From: Marsupella aquatica
Taxonomy: Eukaryota > Plantae > Marchantiophyta
NCBI GenBank assembly: GCA_973895155.1
Contig: OZ316893.1
Location: forward strand, 25,716,698-25,780,697
DNA: 64,000 nucleotides
Direction of reading: 5' to 3'
Positions 10,146 to 22,861 of the stretch are shown here, in pieces; position 1 is the first letter of the stretch, and the number at the start of each line of letters is the position of its first letter. A program made the position numbers and the translations under genes. The notes beneath the pieces were generated by a model. The model made no database searches, was not told the origin of the DNA, and worked only from the letters and a program-made list of their open reading frames with translations.

Positions 10146-13100
10146 TCAAGTATCATGTGGAGTAGCAGCCTCCACGGTCATCATGCGTCGCACGCTCCGT
10201 AGTCCAATCGCCTGGCAGTGTCGGTGATGAACTGATGGCGATAGTGATTTGGTGAAGAGATCCGCACAGTTGTCTGCACTTGAAATCTGCAAAATGTTGA
10301 TCTCTTTTCCATGTAACTCGTGGGTGTAGAAAAACTTCGGAGCTATGTGTTTCACGCGATCGCCTTTGATGAATCCTTTCGTGATCTGCTGTATACATGC
10401 TGCATTATCCTCAAAAATGTTAGTAGGCTTCGTTAGTGGTTGTAAGCCGCATTTGGTGTTGATGTGGTTTATAAATGATCGTAACCAAACGGCTTCACGA
10501 CTAGCCTCATGTAGAGCTAAGATTTCTGAGTGATTCGATGAGGTTGCTGTTAGGGTTTATTTCACGCTTTTCCAAGAAAAAGCGGTACCCCCTATGGTAA
10601 AAACATATCCAATTTGGGATTTTGCGGTATCAGTGTCGGAGAGATATCCGGCATCCGCGTATCCTATGAGTTCGTGGTTTGCGCCGAATGGGTAAAATAA
10701 TCCAGTATCGGTGGTTCCACGTAGATATCTAAATACGTGCTTAACTCCATTCCAGTGTCTGGCTGTGGGAGTTGCACTATGTCTGGCTAGTAAATTAACG
10801 GCAAATGCAATGTCTGGTCTAGTCTGATTTGCTAGGTACATTAATGCTCCTATTGCAGAAAGATATGGAGTTTCTGGTCCTAATATAGGTTCATGTTCTT
10901 CGCGCTTGCGAAAAACATCAGTGGTGTTTTCTAATGAACGTACAACCATTGGTGATGTCAATGGGTGTGCTAGGTTCATGTTGAACTGTTTTAGGATCTT
11001 TTCAGTTTGCACGTAGTTTGATGGAGTATCATGCCAGTAGGTAAGATCTCCAGTTGTAATCCTAAGCAAAAGTTTGTATGTCCAAGGTCTTTCATATCAA
11101 ATGTTGATTTAAGACGTGTAATAGTATCTTCTGTCAATTGGGGTGTCCCAAATATATTTAAGTCATCAACATAAATAGAAACGATGACATATTCATCATC
11201 CACATGTTTAATAAATAAACATGGTGTAATGGCATCATGGGAAAAACCCATGGCAATCATTTCATCAGTAAATCTTTGATACCATACTCTGCCACTTTGT
11301 TTCAGGCCATATAATGCCTTCAACACACGGATAGCTAGTCCGCGGCGAGTATTCCGTACGGTTGACACAGCGGTGTCGTTGTTATGAGTTACATGTGTAG
11401 ATGACACATTAGGTGTAACTTGAGATAATTGTGTTATAATGTTATGTAAATATGGAATATGTGATTTAGCGCCTTGAGCTAAAGCTCGGCGACGTTGCTC
11501 CAACTCGGGAGGTGATCGCATGTATAGACAAGTGTCTAACGTTCCATATAGATATGCGGTTGCAACATCCAGTTGTCGCATCTGTAATTGATGGAAAATG
11601 GCAAATCCGATAAGGTATCGGAATGTTGTGCTATCCATAACCGGTGAATAAGTTTCATCGTAATGAATTCCCGGTTGTTGGGTAAATCCTTTCCCTACCA
11701 GACGTGCTTTGTAGCGTACAACTTGGCCTTTATCATTTCTTTTGCGGACAAATGTCCACTTGTAGCCAATAAGATGTACGTCCTGCGGTGTTGGTTCGAC
11801 TGGGCCAAAAGTGTGTCTGCTTAGTAGGGAATCTAATTCTCCATTTATAGCTTTTTGCCATTCAGGCCAATCTGGTCTGTTTTGGCATTCTAAAATGGAT
11901 ATTGGTTCTGGTGTCTCGTTAGTGATATTTGTTGCCACCATTAATGCAAAAGCATCATCTATTGAAGTAGTATTTCTATCCCACATCTCACCGGTGTGTG
12001 CGAAGTGGATAGAAATCTCTTCATGAGTTGTGGATTCTGTGTGGTCGGCATCCGGTGAAGGTGGTATAGATGAACCGCGCCTTCTTGGTTGTTTATCCTT
12101 GGATCCCAAAGGTCTGCCTCGTTTTGCACGAGGTTGGGATGTACTAGCTGGCTCACTTGATAATTCGATGCGAGCAGATGCTCTCGCAGCTGGAATATGT
12201 GAGCGGCTAACTTGGGATTTATCGACGAAAGCATCGGGAAGTTCTTCCACAATCTTGTGGAGTTATAAAATTCTTTGAACTTCTTTCTCCCCTTGATTTG
12301 TTCTAAGGTCTTGCCAAAATGGTGAGTGTCGTTCCCACTCCAAAGGTGGTTGTGGGTGTTTAGGCGTTATTAATGGTGGGTAAATGTGTTCGTCAAAATG
12401 ACAATCTAGAAATCTGGCTTTAAAAACGTCGCCAGTTGTAGGCTCCATATATCGGATTATGGACGGTGAGTCAAATCCAATGTATATCCCCAACTGTCGT
12501 TGGGGTCCCATCTTGGTTCGTTTGGGTGGAGTAATGGGGACCATTACTTGACATCCAAATGAACGAAGATGTGATAGGTCAGGTTTAATACCATTAGCAA
12601 TTTGGTATGGGCTATAGGTATTAAACGCCGATGGGCGATATTGGATTAATGCATTCGCCTGTAATATGGCGTGTCCCCATGCTGAGACGGGGAGTTTTGA
12701 CTGCATTAGTAATGGGCATGCAATTAACTGAAGGCGTTTAATGACCGCTTCAGCTAATCCATTCTGGAAATGCACGTGGGGTACAGGATATTGTACGTTT
12801 ATGCCAAGTGATGTGCAAAAATCATCAAACGTTTCGGATGTGAATTCCCCTGCATTGTCTACCCTTAGTGTCTTAATAGGGTGATCTGGGAATTGTGCTT
12901 TCACGCACAAGATTTGTGCCAAAATGCGAGGTATTACCATGTTCCTCGTTGAAAGCAAGGTCACATTTGACCATTTGGTTGATGCGTCAATTAAAACCAT
13001 AAAGTAGCGGAAAGGTCCGCTTGGTGGGTTAATTGGCCTGCAAACATCAGCATGGATTATTTCCAAGAATTGGGGTATTTTAGTTGGCAATTTTGATGCC

Positions 13101-14833
13101 GTGGGCCTTGTTATTAACTTGCCGCGTGAGCATGCAGTGCATGGAGTGCTCACTGGGATGTGGCGTGTATTGATTGGAATGCCACTTGAATTCTTAATGA
13201 TTTTTGTTAGCATTGATTGGCCGGGGTGGCCGAGGCGTGCATGCCATAGTGCATGCAATTCGCTTGTATTGGCGTTGTTATGCAGGCATTCAATGTGTGT
13301 TATATAAAACCCGCATGGATACGAGAAAAGTGTCTCTTTAATTATTTTCCCTTTAAGGGTGTTTTCAACCAAGTGAATGACCTCTTGGTCTCTGGTATCG
13401 CCCGTTTGGACATGTAGCCCATTTGCTCGTATATCTCTAAAGCTAAGGAGATTACGAGTTGCGTGTGGGGCGAAAATGGCAGATTCTATATGTATTTTAG
13501 TACCCTGCGGGAGTCTAATAGAGGTTGGGCCGAAGCCCTCTTCTATTTGACTAGGACCATTTATAGTGGTCAGGGACCTACGTGATGGTGTAATAGTGTG
13601 AAAAAGGTGTTTATCTCGGAGGATAGTGTGTGTCGTGGCACTATCAATGATACATGTGCTTAGGCTATCTAAGTCTGGTGTGGTGGAGCTACTGGCCACT
13701 AAGTGTGCCTCGGGTTGTGTGGGTAGGTCTGAGAAGTCTTGGAATGGATCACTAGACTCCATAAATGCCCCGTGGGTTTCACGGGGTGGTGGTCTTGAGG
13801 TTTGTCCATCCTGGATGGACCGTTGATATAAATCTCTGAGGTGTTGTGGGATTCTACAGTTTCGCACAAAGTGGTTTGTCATGCCACATTCATGGCATTT
13901 TGGTCGTTCCCGTTGTTGTCGGGGTTGTGACCGATCATTCCTACAGTTGTTGTTGTATGGTCTACCACCACCGCGTCCGCCGCGTCCACCTCGTCCTCCG
14001 CGTCCGCCGCGTCCATCGCGTCCTCCACGTCCTCCACGTCCTCCGCGTCCTTCATGTCCACTAAAGGACCGTCTGAAATTATGTTGTGGGCGTTGGTTAA
14101 AGAAACTCCCCCTGTTGGGGTTGTTTCTATGGTTGCCATTCCTACTATGCTTAATGCCCTGCCTTGATGTGGAGGGTTCGGCGGTGTCGGTAAGATGTGT
14201 TTCACTCTGTGATCCTAAGGGCAGTGTGCCCGCATGACGTTTTCTAGAGTTAACTAAAAAGAGTTCTTGGTTTCTCTCTGTGACTAGGAGGTGGGCTATG
14301 AGCTCGGAGTATTGCCCGAACTTCATGTTTCGATACTGTGTTGATAGCCACAAATTCGATGAATGAAATGTCGACAAGGTCTTCTCTAGCAGATCCTTGT
14401 CCGTAACTGGCTCGCCACATAGTGCGAGGGTTGAGGTTATTCTAAAGAGTTCACTATTGTAGGCTAAAATTGAGGTAAAGTCCTGGACCCGCAGGTTGAG
14501 CCAGTCTTGTCTGGCTCTAGGTAATTTGACCAGTTTCTGGTGGTCGAATCGGGTCTGTAGGGCTGTCCATAGTTCCCGAGGGGTCGAAAGGTGCATGTAT
14601 TATCTCTGGAGGAATCTATGGATGTGGCGTCTCAGGAATACTAGGGCTTTCGATTCGTTGGCTTTAGTTAGTGGATCTGGTTGAGGTTCACCGGCAAGGG
14701 TAGGTTGTGCCATTCCTATCGCTGGGAGTAGGGTTAGCGATGTAAGGTTCTCTCTAAGGTTCATTGACCATTCTAGGTAGTTACTACCGTCGATGTCAAG
14801 GGCTGGAAAGTTGAGTTTCTCGAGGTTGGTCAT
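10146..14833 (-). pseudogene. Copia gag-pol polyprotein (gag, CCHC knuckle, protease, integrase, RT, RNase H), disrupted
   Basis: Motifs CHECGMTNHFVRNC, IIDSATTH, LWHARLGH, RVDNAGEF, NGLAE, YVDD, YADAGY. In-frame TAA stops at 14600, 12263 and 10557; frameshift near 11005. Confidence 0.95.
13970..14052 (-). repeat. 9-nt repeat encoding (GRG)n / RGG tract in gag
   Basis: cgtcc(t/g/a)cc(a/g) units giving GRGGRGGRGGRDGRGGRGGRGGRGGRGGGR. Confidence 0.9.
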
Positions 14834-16529
14834 CGGGGTAATGGCTTGGTTCCTTTTAAGTGTGGTTGAGGATTATATACTAGTAAGTATAGTAAGGAAT
14901 GACAAAGCACATTTTTGCGGCATGCAAAGTGAAGCTGGGTGGAAAGAGCATGCAAGTCCGAAATTCCTTTTTAGGGTTTGCACTTATGGTTTAGGGTTTT
15001 CTTGGTATTTGTTTAACTGCAAAGTTTCCTTTGTAGATGCTTTTTTTTCTTTGTTAAACTGTGCAGTTATCCACTTGTGCACTTAGGGTTGCAGTTATGG
15101 TTTATGTTTACTCTTGCATTGGTTATGTGCATATTCAGCTTTGTAAAGTAAATTCCCTTTGTTACGGAATGCACGTAAGGAGGTTTTGCGGTTATGTTGC
15201 AGTTATGGGGCGTGCACTTAGCGGTTTTGATTCGGGTTCGACTTTTCCTCGTTGTTTTGAGCTGTTCTTGTGCCTGATCAATGCTCCCCGTGCACCTGAT
15301 CGATGCTCCCCTTGCACCTCTAGAATCTGAAGTGCTTGATGGGTTGGTTCTGCTTTTTCGATTGCAATCAAAATCCTTGATTAGGCGCCGGCAGAAGAGT
15401 CAACTTATTACGGAGACCTTCTGGCCGGTCGTCTCAACTGTTCTGTGCAAGCTTTCTCAAATTTTCGGCATCTCTCTGTCATTCATTTGGCATCATCGAT
15501 CCTTGGTGATTGATGATCGGGGCCATGGTGCGTCTTCGCGAGCTTTTTCTTTTATTCTTCTCGATCCTGTGTGTCTAGACTTAATGTGTGTTTGACTTTT
15601 CTCTCGGAATTTTCCTGTGCATCATCGGGCATTCATCGCCCTTATCTCCTTTCAATTTTCGAAAGATTTTATGGCCTCATTTTGTTTCTTATCGTTCTCG
15701 GTTCTCCTCTATTTTTGAAAGTACTTATGGCATCCTCATTGTACTTTCTTGCTGCGCCTGTGATAGACGGACCTTATCACCTCCGATCACCGTAAGCCTT
15801 TCGAAGTTTCTTCGCTCCTTTCCGATCTCAAGTTTGCTAAATGATACTGAGGCCGGCTCTCACTGATTGGGGTTCGATGCTCGATTTTTGGAATGACACT
15901 GCTCGATCTGCTTCTCTTGATCGATCGCTCCAATCCTTTTTCCAATCTCTCGCGCTCCTTTGTCATTTCATCCGATAATGCTTCAGTGGCTCTAATAGAT
16001 GGTTGCTTCAATTCGCGCCATCTGCTCTTGAGTTTGGCTGTCTCAATTGTCTTTTCTTCCTGCATTCGGCATTCGCTACTGCCTCGATTCTCTTCGTCAA
16101 AAAATTCTTATGGCCTAGTGCGAAATAGTGGCGCTCCTTTTTCGGCAGCGACCTTCTTTCTCTTAATCGTCGGAGATCAGATCGAAGTTTTTCAGGCTCC
16201 TTTCCGTTTTCTAGAAGTTCTAATTCACGCTTCCTCTGGTTCGCTTTCATAAGGGAAAACGAGACCCATGTGTTCCATTTCCTATCACGCTTTGTGTTCC
16301 ATTCGGCGTAAAAAATTTCGATTCCCCATGGTCTTCTCTTTCTTCTTTTCTGTATCGATTCTGTAGGTGACAGTTTCCTTATGCAATTCGATCAGCCTCC
16401 TTGTTGTCCTTACGAATTCTGATGTTATTCGTACTCAATGATGTTAAAATTCTCAATCGTTACTCAATTCGCCATGGCTCTACGAAAAAACATTCTTATC
16501 CTCCTTTTTGGCTCCGCTGGCTGAGACCT

Positions 16530-16542
16530 CGTCCTGATAACG
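16530..16542 (-). promoter_or_regulatory. Primer-binding site (PBS), Bianca-type (CGTTATCAGGACG)
   Basis: Immediately internal to the 5' LTR; one mismatch from the CGTTATCAGCACG Bianca-type PBS. Confidence 0.75.
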
Positions 16543-16649
16543 TGTTTGATGGTGATAATAATCATTTCAGTATAGTCTCGGTAATGGTACATATGGTGGT
16601 GTCGGGATGACCGGTTGATCCGGTCATCCGGTCAAGGTAGAGTCTAACA
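16543..16649 (-). repeat. 5' LTR of Bianca-like copia
   Basis: Direct repeat of 9729-9835 with 2 adjacent mismatches. Confidence 0.97.
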
Positions 16650-17141
16650 AAAAGAACAAAGTTAACTTACTTCTCATTGAATCACAAAGTACTCCTACCT
16701 ATACATGTACATTGACTAGTATCTTCAAATTGATGCACTTGTCTCACTTTTAAAAAAGCGTGCATTTTTTTCATTAACTTTCTTATAATCATTTGTTCAA
16801 TACTTGTGTTTTAGAAACTTGTCAATTTTAAATCTCGCCTCACATGAACTCTTATGCCATGATTGTTTCAATTCTTTCAGATAAGTCAAAATAGGCATAT
16901 ATTAGGATGAACATGCTATATGGCTATTATAATTATAGAACTTAGATCGTCTAAGGGGTTCAAAAAAGGACCCTCATTTGTAATATTTCTTTTTTTCAAA
17001 GGGAAAACCCCTTTTGAGCAAGCTGATGCTCAACTAATTGCAAAGTCTCTTACTTTTAATATTTATGTTTGCAAAGTATGTACTTGTGGAGCAACTCACA
17101 TCCAACATTATACCTTTCATCATATGTGATGTATTACCTCA

Positions 17142-17465
17142 TGTGGGGAGAAATCAGATTAGGAAAAACACTCCAAACATACACATGCTCAATAGTTACG
17201 TGGTTTGCCTCAAGGTTGGCTACGTCCACGGGAAGACCAAACTTTATTAATGGTTATGTGTCTACTCAAGCATCACCATAACTCTCATCTCTTCAAGCTC
17301 TCATTTCTTGCTATATCACTGTGTTCTCTCTTGAAAACTCTCTTGTGTGTTCTCACATCACATAGAAGTTGAAGAGATAAGGACCAATCTCTTCAACTAG
17401 GGTTTACTCTAACCCTAGTTAACATACTAACCATAGTTCAACCCAAGACTGAGTTAACCTCTACA
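17142..17465 (-). repeat. 3' LTR of copia element 2
   Basis: tgtggggagaaa...acctctaca. Confidence 0.96.
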
Positions 17466-17659
17466 AACTCCCCCTTGACTCATGTCTTGGGAGGGTTCAT
17501 AACATTGTCTTTTTCTTACAAGTTCCTCCGCGGGAAGTTCAAGACAGTAGGGCCAAAAGACCCTCCCCCCTAATGCAAGGGTTAACTAGAACTAAGCCGT
17601 AGCCGATAAGCCATCGGATGGAGTACTCATATAGAGACATTTTCTTGGTTAACTCTATA

Positions 17660-20600
17660 TTTACAATATTTGTAAATAATTACAATGCCTTGAAAAACTA
17701 TTGGAGTCTAATACTTTGGTAAAAGCATCCGCTGGATTAAGCTTTCCATCAATCTTGACAAGCTCGAACTCATCATCCGATAATGCCTATTGGATGAAAT
17801 GATAGCGGACATCAATGTGCTTTATCCTGCCATCCATCACCTGATTCTTGGCAGTGTAAATTGCACTTTGATTGTCACAATGAAGATAGACACAATCTTG
17901 TGATAAGCCCATTTCCGTGACAAGCTTTTTCAACCAAATGGTCTCTGATGCTGCTTCTGCTGCCGCTACATACTCGACATCCATTGTAGACTTTGCAACA
18001 CACTTTTGGAGAGTAGACTTCCAACTAATGCATCCACCAGCAAGTGTAAATACATATTCAGTTGTCGATCTCCTCTTATCCAGATCATGTGCGTACTCTG
18101 CATCCACATAACCTTGAAGCACTTTCATATTGTTTGAACTTGCATAAAAAAAATAAACCCTTCTTAGTGGAACCTCTGATGTAGCGCAAAATCCATTTCA
18201 CTGCTTCCCAATGAATTTTTCCTGGATTTGCCATGTATTTGCTTACCTTGCTAATGGCATAAGCTATGTCTGATCAGGTGCATACCATGAGATACATTAA
18301 ACTACCCACAACACTTTCATAAGGAACTTTGGACATCAAACTTTTTTATGTCGAATCCGATGGACAAAATGCTGTAGAAATATTGAAATGCCTTGCCAAA
18401 GGAACACTCACAGCCTTAGCATCTGCCATGTTGAATTTTGAAAGTACCTTCTCTGCATATCTTTTCTGTGTCAGCCAAAGTTTGGCTTTGTTAACATCCC
18501 TGACAATCTCCATGCCTAGGATCCTCTTGGCTGTGCCCAAATCCTTCATCTTAAACTCATAACTGAGTTGGGCCTTAAGCTTATCAACTTCGCCCCTATC
18601 CTATGCTGCAATGAGCATGTCATCCACATAAAGTACAAGGATGACAAGCTTAAAACCAGTGTTGTTCACACGCCTGATGTAAACACATGGATCGTACACG
18701 CTTCGTAAAAATCCAAGCGATTTCAAAAATTCATCAAAATGCTTGTTTCACTGCCTTGGGCTCTGCTTTAGTCCATACAAGAATTTTAGCAACCTGCATA
18801 CCAAATTTTCCTTGCCCTTTTGCACAAAACCCTCTGGTTGCCTCATGTAAATCACCTCATCCAACGATCCATATAAGAATGCCGTGACAACATCCATTTG
18901 ATCTAAAACCAGATCAAATAAAACTACAAGAGCACATAGCAAACGTATTGTTGAATACTTTGCTACGGGTGAAAAAACCTCATTGTAGTCTATACCTTTC
19001 TGTTGAGTAAAACCCTTGGCTACCAACCGAGCCTTAAATATCTTCTCAGCATCCTCCGTGGGTCCATCTTTCTTCCTATATACCCACTTGCTGTCAATAG
19101 CCTGCTTGTCACTAGGTAGACTTGTGAGTTCCCAAATCTTGTTATCATGAAGTGATTTCATTTCCATGTGCATCGCCACCTGCCACTGTTGCTTCTCCAT
19201 AGAAGCTAGGACTTCTCGAAATGAGGATGAATCTCCATCTTCTGTCACCAATGCATCAATAGATTCTTCATCCAAATCCACATGATCAGAAGAAAGCCAA
19301 GTTCCATACCTTTCCCGGGCTTGATGTTTACGAGTTCCTCTTCGCACTGAAGACTCTGGCTGATCTGATTGTAGTGTGCTTTGCCTTACAGTAGTATCAA
19401 CATATTCTTCATTTGACATATCCTCTCCTCTTAAATCCTCTAGAGGAGGAGATTGCACTTTGTTAGTAGTAGGGAATTGATCTATCTCCCCCTCCTTCAA
19501 TGATTTGTCTTCATTGAAGAATACATCCCGACTAATAATCAACTGGATCCCACAATCGATATCCTTTAATGTCACGGTAATAACCAAGAAAAATGCATTT
19601 CTGGACTTGAGGATCTAGCTTAGTCCTATTGTTGCTAGGAACATGTGCATATGCTTCACAACCAAAAACCCTAAGCTTTGAATAATCAGCAGGTCGATTG
19701 TGCCATAGCTCAAAAAGGGTTTTGTAAGTAATTGCTCGACTAGGAGAGAGATTTACTAGATAAGCAGTTGTGTTGATAGCTTCAGCCCAAAAGATTTGTG
19801 GCAATTTAGAGTGGCTCAACATGCTCCTTGCTCGTTCCAACAATATGCGGTTGAGTCGCTCAGCAACACCATTTTGCTCAGGAGTGTACACAGTTGTGAG
19901 ATGGTGAGTAATTCCCTTATTTGCACAATACGTGTTGAACTCGCTAGAGGTGTATTCATCACTATTATCTGATTGTAGATATCTCACATTCTTTGCAGTC
20001 TGTGTCTCAACTTGAGCTACCCATTGTTTGAAGATGGAAAGCACTTCAAACTTATGGGCAATGAAATAAATCCAAACAAACCTTGAGTAATCATCGATAA
20101 ACGATACATAGTATTATTTGCGTGAATGTGAGGAAACCGGAGCAGGACCCCACACATCGGAATGAATATACTCAAGTACAACTTTAGAATGATGAATGAC
20201 AGTCGGAAATGGAGTTGACTTCTCGTTTTCTTGCCGATAATGCAATGATCACAAAAAATCAACTTGCATGCTTGCAATCCTGGTAGGAGATGTCGCTTGT
20301 GTAGGATTTCCAAACTTTTTTCACTCATATGACCAAGCCGAGCATGCCAAAAATTGATTTTCTCCTCCTAAGATGTGACCAAATTGACTTCGGCAAGAAG
20401 AGTGGTGCCTTCCAAGACATAGATGTTTCTTTTCCTCTTGCCAATAAGAACTTCATTTGATCTGTGCGTGACTGTTAACACCCCATCAGTTGCACTCCAT
20501 TGATAACCCTTCGCATCCAAGTAGTCAAGAGAAATCAAATTCTTACACATTTTTGGAATGTGTCTGACATTTGATAGAGTACAGTACTTGCCACCGGGTA

Positions 20601-21690
20601 GTTGAATCTTTACGGATCCAATCCCTAAAACTTTGCAAGAATGATTATTTCCCATCAAAACAGATCCGTTGATAGGAGTGTAGGATGAGAAAAGTTCACG
20701 CATATAACACATGTGATACGAGTAAGCGGAATCCAAGATCCATTGACAATCCTCAACTTGGGAAGTGGTACACAATGCACTTCCTTCACTATCCTCTTCT
20801 CGAACAACTATTTGGGCTGAAGAACCAACAACTTCCTTGAATGTGTCTTTGACGCGACAATCCTTCTTCATGTGGCCCACTTTGTCACACTTCCAACACT
20901 TTATCTCACGAGTAGACCTGGATGGTGATTTGAATCGAGATCTAGATCTGGATCTAAACCTCCTCCTACCAAAGGATCGGTCCTGGAACCTTCCTCGCTC
21001 CATGGGAAGTGGGTTAAACCGTTTATTTTCATGAGATGACTCCCTTGTTTTGCCTCTTTCTACCAATAGTGCTGTTGATGATGAGGTTGAGGTAGGATGA
21101 GCTGAAGAAACCAGCTTAGACTCCATATCATCGGTCAACAGGGCACTCACTACATCATTGTAGGATATAGTTGTCTTATCACGGAATAGAAGAACTCGAG
21201 ACAAAGATTGGTACGAAGGTGGTAGTGAGCTCAAGAGTTGTAAGGCTTTCTTTTCTTCGCTCAAATGCTCCCCCAAATTCTCTAGGTCAACCACAAGATC
21301 ATTGAACTGATTGATATGATCTTGAATCTTGACTCCATCAGCCATTTTGAATTGCATGAGCTTCAGGCTTGCATACATTCGGTTTGACATCTCCTTCTTG
21401 TAGTACTTGTTGTGCAATGCTTGAAACAAGTAGGTCATCGTTTGTGTTACTTTTTCCTCGAACTCCTTCTTCACATTGTTTTTCAGGTACATGCCAATAA
21501 TACTTACCGCTTGATCCTTGAGATCATGTCAATCATCATCTTCCATCTCCTTGGGTTGAGATCTTAGTACCTTGCCTAGGCCCATCGCCCTAAGTGCATC
21601 CCTCACGTTACGTTCCCACATTGTATAGTCCATCCGACCATCAAATTTTTCCACCTCAAACCTTTGACCTCCAATCCTAGTAGTCGCCAT
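17660..21690 (-). pseudogene. Copia gag-pol polyprotein, multiple stops and frameshifts
   Basis: MATTRIGGQRFEVEKFDG (gag), CWKCDKVGHMKKDC, WILDSA, QSDN...NGVAER, FKARLVAKGF, YGLKQ, HCDNQSAI, KHIDVRYHFI. Confidence 0.95.
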
Positions 21691-22847
21691 CGCTAGAATG
21701 CCAAATGTAGTGTGGAGTCGTCTTCCGACAAGAAATAAACATCGAATGCTCAGATGTGGGGTGTGAAAATAAGGCCAAAAATGAAAGTTGGGTGAATTTT
21801 GAAACTGATCATTCCTATGTGTAGCCCACAAGGTAACGCTCCAAATGCTAAAAATAGTTTGTCAAATGGACTCTCGAGTGCCGAGAATTTTTACTCCGAC
21901 CGGAGGGGGGTAAAAGATGAAATAATTACCCCTCGAGGGAATCTCTTATGCCAAAGATTCCACTAATATACTTTTTTAGAATCGAATGCACCAATACTTG
22001 CCTAGCTTCCCCAAGTACGCCTCTCCAAAAGTTGAAGTTGATCCGATTTTATTTGCCGTTTGGAATCTTTGACCTTCGGTAAAAATTTAAGTCTCTGGAA
22101 AAGAATCTTTTCGGGAAATTTCGTCCGCCCTTGTACAGCCCCTGTGGGGGACTTCACAAGGGTCACTTCCCCCTGCCTGAGCCCTGTCGAGCCCTCAAAG
22201 GCCTCCTCGAAGTTTTCGACCTCCTCGTGTGTCCGCGGAAGTCGCGACTACTCGCGGCAGAAAGTACCCCTCGGCGGATTCACTCAAATTCCCGTCTTAG
22301 TTTTTGATGAAATCCAATTCTGATTTCAGATTCAGAAACTAGACTTCGAGGGCATCAAGATTGATATAAAGAACTTGCAAAACGGTGGAGTAATGAGGGA
22401 GAAACAATTCGGTGAAAGTGATTGATATTAAGTTATCCGCCATAGCCAAAATTTCGAGCTCAAAAAACAAGAATTGAAATTAAGATTGCTTCTCAACCGT
22501 TTGACGGAATTCAACGATGTTGATATCAAAACGTCTAGAAAGACAAGGCGCTCAAGCGTATCTCAGTTTCAAGTCCCGATAGAACAATCAAAAAGACTGA
22601 TCTGAGAAATTGACCTTATCTCTTGCTCGATAATGTAAATTGAAAACCGTCACTTACAATTGTTTCTGTTTCTGACCTCAGGCCTTCATTGCTTCATTGA
22701 AATGAGCCCCTGGTTGTGTGCTCCACACTTGTGAGAAGATGGAGTCCGATCTTCTTTCAATAGCTCCGCTTCGAAGAGGAAATCATCCGCTGTTCGCTTT
22801 GCTTGAAGCAAGTTCTATGAAGTTCCTAATCGACTGAAAAAATCTGA

Positions 22848-22859
22848 GCTCTGATACCA
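22848..22859 (-). promoter_or_regulatory. Primer-binding site complementary to initiator tRNA-Met 3' end
   Basis: Plus-strand gctctgatacca = TGGTATCAGAGC on minus, 2 nt from the 5' LTR. Confidence 0.95.
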
Positions 22860-22861
22860 AT

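Larger units (their letters stand above)
9729..16649 (-). mobile_element. Full-length Ty1/copia LTR retrotransposon, Bianca-like lineage, non-functional copy
   Basis: 107-bp TG...CA LTRs at 9729-9835 and 16543-16649 (105/107 identical); TSD AAAAG at 9724-9728 and 16650-16654. Domain order gag-PR-INT-RT-RH. Lineage-typical motifs YGLKQSGRVWY, YVDDLNIFG, PYLSAIGALMYLAN, KHIAPKFFYTHEL. Confidence 0.97.

Noticed and set aside
13846-14237. Overlapping ORFs rich in PPR, HV or DAEDV repeats
   Set aside because: Alternative-frame and antisense shadows of the 9-nt GRG repeat in gag.
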